Under the pieces are notes generated by a model. It was not told the origin of the DNA. It did no database searches and worked only from the letters and a program-made list of their open reading frames with translations. Of a DNA stretch of 64,000 nucleotides, positions 60,137 to 64,000 are shown piece after piece (position 1 is the first letter of the stretch; each line of letters opens with the position of its first letter). The stretch lies in contig CAYSAU010000015.1 in the NCBI GenBank assembly GCA_964429135.1, positions 8,312 to 72,311 on the forward strand, written 5' to 3'. Both the position numbers and the translations under genes were made by a program. This DNA is from an uncultured Prolixibacteraceae bacterium. GTDB lineage: Bacteria; Bacteroidota; Bacteroidia; Bacteroidales; FEN-979.

Positions 60137-61606
60137 ATGAAGAAATTTTTTCTTTTTACATTGTGTTTGCAGGTATTTTCATCACTCGCTCAGAATTATG
60201 ACAATATTGCAACACCAGGTCTGACCTTTTTTAACAATGGTAATTCCGAGATATTCGGATACAGATATGATTCCGTCACCTTCAACGGAGTTGATTCTGT
60301 TTATCAAGCTCCGGGATTGATTCTCAGAACTAACTTCTATTCCTGTGCTGATACTTCAGTTGCGCCGATTTTAAGTCGTACAATTATTAGAAAATCTGAT
60401 GGAACATTCAAACTTCTAAAAATTTCCGGTGATACCATTCTGTTTTTGAGCCAGGCATCTTTAAATCAAGTTTGGACATGCTGCGCCTTATCTGAAGGGA
60501 GACGTGTCGACGCTCAGGTAACTGACATTAGATCAGATACTGTTGCTGATACGATAGACATGGTAAAGGAAATAACATTTATGGCAAGGAATCAAAATGG
60601 AACCGTCTTCCCTCATCCAATTAATGGTATTAAAATATTGCTCAGCAAACATTTTGGCTTTGCAAAGACAATAGAATGGTGGTATTTCCCAGACAGTACT
60701 GGTATTTGGACAATGAAAGGGAAAAGTTATCCAAAAGTCGGCATACAAGATTTCAGCTATAAACAATGCTTTGATTATCAACCTGGAGATGAATTTCATT
60801 ATCTATATTCTCAATTTTCAGGGATGGTCAATACTCATATTATAGAAAAGATACTTCAAAAAAATTTTGCAGCTGGCGACACTATAATCTATAGTAAGGA
60901 AATTTGTTGGATCAAATGGTACCCAACTCCGCCCCCTAATACAGAATCCTACCATGATACAGTCACAGTTATTATAACTGGAGACGGGGGCGCAATTTTT
61001 ACATCAATTCCGGAGCAATTCAAGCCATATTATTATAATGGAGAATGGCATGCCGACAGATTTTTTAAAACAGTTGAAACCTTTAATAACCGAGAACAAA
61101 AAAAATTCTCATCGTGGTTTTTTTGCCATCCCGACAGTTGCTGGACTGAATACTGTGGAGGAGTTGATAACTATAGTGTGGATTATGAATATTATGGAGA
61201 AGGCTTAGGAGAAACTGGATGGTATAATGAATGGTGGAATGGAACATATCATGAGGTGAATAGAAAAGATCTTGTTTATTACAAGAAAGGAAAGGAAGAA
61301 TGGGGCACTCCTTTTGCTCCCGATTGTGATGTTCTCCTTACTACAAAAAAAATAATATCAGAGCTGCAAACAATAATGGTATTTCCAAATCCTGTTACAT
61401 CTGGAGAACCAATATTTATTAAAGAAAATGTTTCAGGCTGTACAGCTACAATCATAGATATTTCAGGCAAACAGGTTTATAAATCAACAATTTATCAAAA
61501 TAAGCCTCTTATAATAACGGGTTCAATTTTGCCTGGAATCTATTTATTCATTCTGACGGATAAAATTGGTGAATGCAAAGGAAGAACTAAGTTAATTGTA
61601 AATTAG
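60137..61606 (+). CDS. Secreted protein of unknown function with T9SS C-terminal sorting domain
   Basis: Signal peptide (LCLQVFSSLAQ), a Trp/Tyr-rich body, and a C-terminus VFPNPVTSGEPIFI....ATIIDISGKQVY......GIYLFILTD...KGRTKLIVN matching the type-A CTD pattern. Confidence 0.6.
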   Translation: MKKFFLFTLCLQVFSSLAQNYDNIATPGLTFFNNGNSEIFGYRYDSVTFNGVDSVYQAPGLILRTNFYSCADTSVAPILSRTIIRKSDGTFKLLKISGDTILFLSQASLNQVWTCCALSEGRRVDAQVTDIRSDTVADTIDMVKEITFMARNQNGTVFPHPINGIKILLSKHFGFAKTIEWWYFPDSTGIWTMKGKSYPKVGIQDFSYKQCFDYQPGDEFHYLYSQFSGMVNTHIIEKILQKNFAAGDTIIYSKEICWIKWYPTPPPNTESYHDTVTVIITGDGGAIFTSIPEQFKPYYYNGEWHADRFFKTVETFNNREQKKFSSWFFCHPDSCWTEYCGGVDNYSVDYEYYGEGLGETGWYNEWWNGTYHEVNRKDLVYYKKGKEEWGTPFAPDCDVLLTTKKIISELQTIMVFPNPVTSGEPIFIKENVSGCTATIIDISGKQVYKSTIYQNKPLIITGSILPGIYLFILTDKIGECKGRTKLIVN

Positions 61607-61780
61607 GGAAATTGATACCAATTCCAGTCAAATTCCCTATTTCCAAATACAACCAATTATCCGCATTGCTGAGAATGGTGAGATTTTTATTTTTCTTCAT
61701 ATCCCGATAAAAAGAAGAGTTCACATGCTTTTACCACAATAACTGCTTCTCGAGATAGCGATACGATATTAAAATATTGC

Positions 61781-61788
61781 TACTTTTG
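61781..61788 (+). promoter_or_regulatory. -7 promoter box TACTTTTG
   Basis: Exact consensus match, 19 nt before ATG 61808 (SDR pseudogene / 5-alpha-reductase pair). Confidence 0.5.
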
Positions 61789-61807
61789 TAATTAAATCCA
61801 ATATACA

Positions 61808-62791
61808 ATGGTCATTGCTGTAACCGGAGCCAACGGGCATGTTGGTGTAAACCTCTGTAAAACCCTGTTGGAACAGGGTCATGAAGTCAGGGCATTCACC
61901 CATAAAAATTCACAAGGATTAAAAAATTTAGCAGTCAAGTTGTACAAGGGAGACCTCCTAGCTAAGGAGTCACTTTCCCCATTTCTCACTGCCGCCGATG
62001 TAGTTTTTCATTTGGCCGCCAAAATTTCCATTACCGGTGATCCGGATGGAATGGTCAACCGGATCAATACTGAAGGTACAAAAAATCTGATTGAAGTAGC
62101 CATCCGCTGTAACGTTCGTAAATTCATACATTTCAGCTCTATACATGCCTTTAGGCAGTAACCTCTGAATCAATCCCTCGATGAAAACAGACCTCTCGTT
62201 TCCAGTGATGGATTTGCCTATGATCGTTCAAAGGCAGAAGGAGAAAGAGCAGTCATGGCTTCAGTGAATCAGGGGCTGAATGCTTTGGTTTTAAGTCCTA
62301 CCGCCATCATCGGTCCGGCCGATCCCGAACCTTCTCTGACAGGCCAAGCTGTTCTTGATCTGTATCACAGAAAAATTCCGGCTCTTGTTCCCGGTGGTTA
62401 CGATTGGGTAGATGTCAGAGATGTGGTTACTGCTGCTATTTCCGCAATTGAAAATGGAAGGAAGGGAGAAAAATATTTACTTTCAGGGCATTGGCACAGC
62501 ATCAAAGAATTATCCGGGCTAATTAGGCAACATACGGGAAAAAAAACCGTGATGACCGTTCTGCCTTTCTGGTTGGCTCGTATGGGCTTGCCTTTGATCA
62601 GTTTATTCAGTAAAATGACAGGTACTCAACCTCTTTATACCAGTGAATCACTGACCATTATAAAAGATGGAAATCGTTTGATAAGTAATAACAAAGCAAA
62701 ACAGGAGCTTGGATTTGATCCTAGGCCCTTAAGTGATTCCCTGCGTGATATGTTGGTTTGGTTTCAGGCGAATGATTATTTAAAAAATTAA
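61808..62791 (+). pseudogene. NAD-dependent epimerase/dehydratase (3-beta-HSD / dihydroflavonol-reductase-like SDR) interrupted by one in-frame TAA
   Basis: ORFs 61808-62161 and 62255-62791 are in the same frame. Reading through TAA 62159-62161 gives a continuous extended-SDR sequence: the Rossmann motif VTGANGHVG in fragment 1, the catalytic YDRSK (62219-62233) in the uncalled gap, and the C-terminal substrate domain in fragment 2. Confidence 0.7.
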
Positions 62792-62797
62792 TAACAG

Positions 62798-63562
62798 ATG
62801 AAGGAATCTACTTTTTATCTCATTGTTTATATCTGGATTGCCATAGCAATCTTTATTTTTCCTGTGGTTATCCATATCATTGCACCCTATGGCCGTCATG
62901 CCACAAAAAAATGGGGAACCATGATTGATAACCGTGCAGGTTGGATTTTAATGGAAATGCCAGCATTGCTTGTTTTTGCAGGTTTTTATCTTTTTGGTTC
63001 AGGAATGCATCCAACAGTGACCTGGATTTTTTTTGGTCTCTGGGTATTACATTATATCAACCGGACACTCATCTTTCCATTCCGTTTGAGAACCAAGGGA
63101 AAAAAAATGCCCCTTGCCATTGTATTCATGGCCATTGGCTTTAATTTCGTCAATGGGTTTATCAATGGGTATTTTCTAGGCAGCTTGGCCAATGACTCTC
63201 ATTACCCCCTTTCTTACCTTCTTGATTTCAGGTTTATCTCTGGAATTATAATATTTTTCTTCGGGATGTTTATTAACTGGCAATCGGATAATATTCTTAT
63301 TCATTTACGAAAACCAGGAGAAACAGGATATATTATCCCAATGAAAGGCTTTTTCAGGTTTGTATCTTGTCCAAATCATTTTGGAGAGATTTTGGAATGG
63401 TTTGGTTTTGCTTTGCTTACCTGGAGCTCTCCAGGGCTTGCATTTGCCATCTGGACCCTTGTCAATCTCCTGCCCCGAGCCTTGCATCATCATCAATGGT
63501 ATCATTCGATTTTCTCGGATTATCCCAAAAACCGCAAAGCTGTGCTGCCCTATTTACTGTAA
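62798..63562 (+). CDS. 3-oxo-5-alpha-steroid 4-dehydrogenase (steroid 5-alpha-reductase) family membrane protein
   Basis: 254 aa and polytopic. The C-terminal block GFFRFVSCPNHFGEILEWFGFAL...LPRA..HH.WY matches the steroid_dh family signature. Confidence 0.7.
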   Translation: MKESTFYLIVYIWIAIAIFIFPVVIHIIAPYGRHATKKWGTMIDNRAGWILMEMPALLVFAGFYLFGSGMHPTVTWIFFGLWVLHYINRTLIFPFRLRTKGKKMPLAIVFMAIGFNFVNGFINGYFLGSLANDSHYPLSYLLDFRFISGIIIFFFGMFINWQSDNILIHLRKPGETGYIIPMKGFFRFVSCPNHFGEILEWFGFALLTWSSPGLAFAIWTLVNLLPRALHHHQWYHSIFSDYPKNRKAVLPYLL

Positions 63563-63575
63563 TAAATGTATGGGG

Positions 63576-63628
63576 TAAAACACCGATGGGAACCTCTTCT
63601 GGCCGAAGAAATTCCCATCCCGTTTTCC
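63576..63628. terminator. Bidirectional terminator hairpin
   Basis: GATGGGAA..TCTTC-GGCCG/A-GAAGA..TTCCCATC (63585-63619). It is followed by CCGTTTT on the plus strand (ending the 5-alpha-reductase-family gene) and by GGTGTTTT on the minus strand (ending the candidate ncRNA). Confidence 0.55.
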
Positions 63629-63895
63629 TGGTAACCGTAGTTACCTGGTACGTTCAGGTTACGGTTATTTAGGCTGGTTGTACTTGTTCCGGGTTTCCCC
63701 TTCCCTTTCCTCCCCGGTTCCTTTACTCGGCTTTCCTTACAGTCTGCTTCGCTCCGGATCCCCTTTTAAAATCACCCTTAATAGGCACGATTCTTGCGGT
63801 CTCGGCTTAACTTCGGGTTGGATTATTGAGTGCAGCTATCTTGCGATTTTTGCTTTCAAACTCCTGATTTCTCTGGGCCTTTTATCGCTCACCTG
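63576..63895 (-). ncRNA. Candidate structured non-coding RNA of unassigned family
   Basis: The track has no minus-strand ORF of 60 aa or more here. G+C is visibly higher than in other spacers. An exact TATATTTG -7 box lies just upstream on the minus strand (63901-63908) and a strong hairpin plus U-tract lies at the 3' end (63585-63619). There are internal UNCG-capped (63627-63648) and GNRA-capped (63689-63717) hairpins. The family was not identified, and the boundaries are inferred. Confidence 0.35.
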
Positions 63896-63900
63896 AAAAA

Positions 63901-63908
63901 CAAATATA
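63901..63908 (-). promoter_or_regulatory. -7 promoter box TATATTTG in front of the candidate ncRNA
   Basis: Plus-strand CAAATATA. No protein-coding gene follows on the minus strand; the G+C-rich ORF-free segment begins about 6 nt downstream. Confidence 0.4.
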
Positions 63909-64000
63909 CAATGAAAAGAATGCGGAATGCAAGTTTTTTAAAATATTTGTAAGAACAACTTCTTAACCGAAGTTATTAACAAATTGTGAATAAAATAATT

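Noticed and set aside
60054-60140. A 28-codon upstream ORF (MLLSNYLLKTGSFALYFNSAMIIFKKVI) whose stop overlaps the ATG of the 60137 gene (ATGA).
   Set aside because: The predicted -7 box (60086-60093) lies inside it, so it is probably not on the transcript. It is AT-rich sequence with nothing to support coding.
63576-63895. The candidate RNA could be RNase P RNA, SRP RNA or tmRNA. Its minus strand contains GGGGAGGAAAG, GUGAGCGAU, CCAGGUAAC, UAAGGGUGA and CCGGAGCGAAGCAG, which resemble short stretches of E. coli M1 RNA and of the SRP domain IV motif.
   Set aside because: The matches are 9-11 nt, purine-rich, and in the wrong order for a type-A RNase P. The invariant GAGGAAAGUCCGG and ACAGAA..CCGGCUUA elements are absent, and there is no P1 pairing between the ends. 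The SRP-like stretch lacks a closing pair for a GNRA tetraloop. There is no tRNA-like 3' end or tag ORF as tmRNA would require. Only a covariance-model search can settle it.
63367-63896. Plus-strand ORFs 63367-63672 (101 aa) and 63678-63896 (72 aa) as genes.
   Set aside because: The first overlaps the well-supported 5-alpha-reductase-family gene out of frame. Both translate to low-complexity Ser/Pro/Leu-rich strings and run across the terminator hairpin. They look like by-products of a pyrimidine-rich strand.
1-64000. Search for CRISPR arrays, tRNA/rRNA genes, IS elements, integrases, prophage or defence-island signatures, and for signs of an alternative genetic code.
   Set aside because: I saw no repeat-spacer periodicity, no tRNA T-arm (GGTTCGAAT-type) in intergenic DNA, and no transposase, integrase or RT-like ORFs. 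ORFs are long and uninterrupted under the standard code, apart from the single TAA at 62159.

Overview
A densely packed, AT-rich chromosomal segment that looks like Bacteroidota. The support is four predicted proteins ending in type-A T9SS C-terminal sorting domains, many exact TAnnTTTG -7 promoter boxes in front of genes, and bamD-rpoZ-coaBC-DUF4835-recN synteny. I call about 50 protein-coding genes, nearly all core housekeeping. They cover replication and repair (dnaA, gyrA, recN), proteostasis (lon, clpC) and serine, lysine and CoA synthesis (serA/serC, dapA, coaBC). They also cover fatty-acid metabolism (fabG, fabI, etfBA plus a membrane Fe-S oxidoreductase and an acyl-CoA dehydrogenase), envelope functions (bamD, an LTA-synthase-like protein, an ABC-2 exporter) and secreted T9SS peptidases. 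I saw no rRNA, tRNA, CRISPR array, transposase, integrase or phage gene, so this is not an obvious accessory island. Several ORF-track starts are artefacts, because a TTG inside the TTTG of the promoter box was taken as the start codon; I trimmed these. The points most worth a second look are: (1) a G+C-enriched, ORF-free unit of about 320 nt at 63576-63895 (minus strand), bracketed by a promoter box and a terminator hairpin, which may be a structured RNA I cannot assign to a family; (2) an SDR/epimerase gene interrupted by one in-frame TAA, next to a steroid-5-alpha-reductase-family gene; (3) a 1417-aa glycogen synthase (GT3) / alpha-glucan phosphorylase (GT35) fusion translationally coupled to a FliG_C-like protein; (4) an etfB-etfA-EtfD-like-acyl-CoA dehydrogenase module; (5) an alpha-oxoamine synthase in an apparent operon with a polytopic membrane protein carrying a duplicated IYRxYR..RFLxR motif. 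All function calls rest on motifs I recognised by eye. No database search was run.
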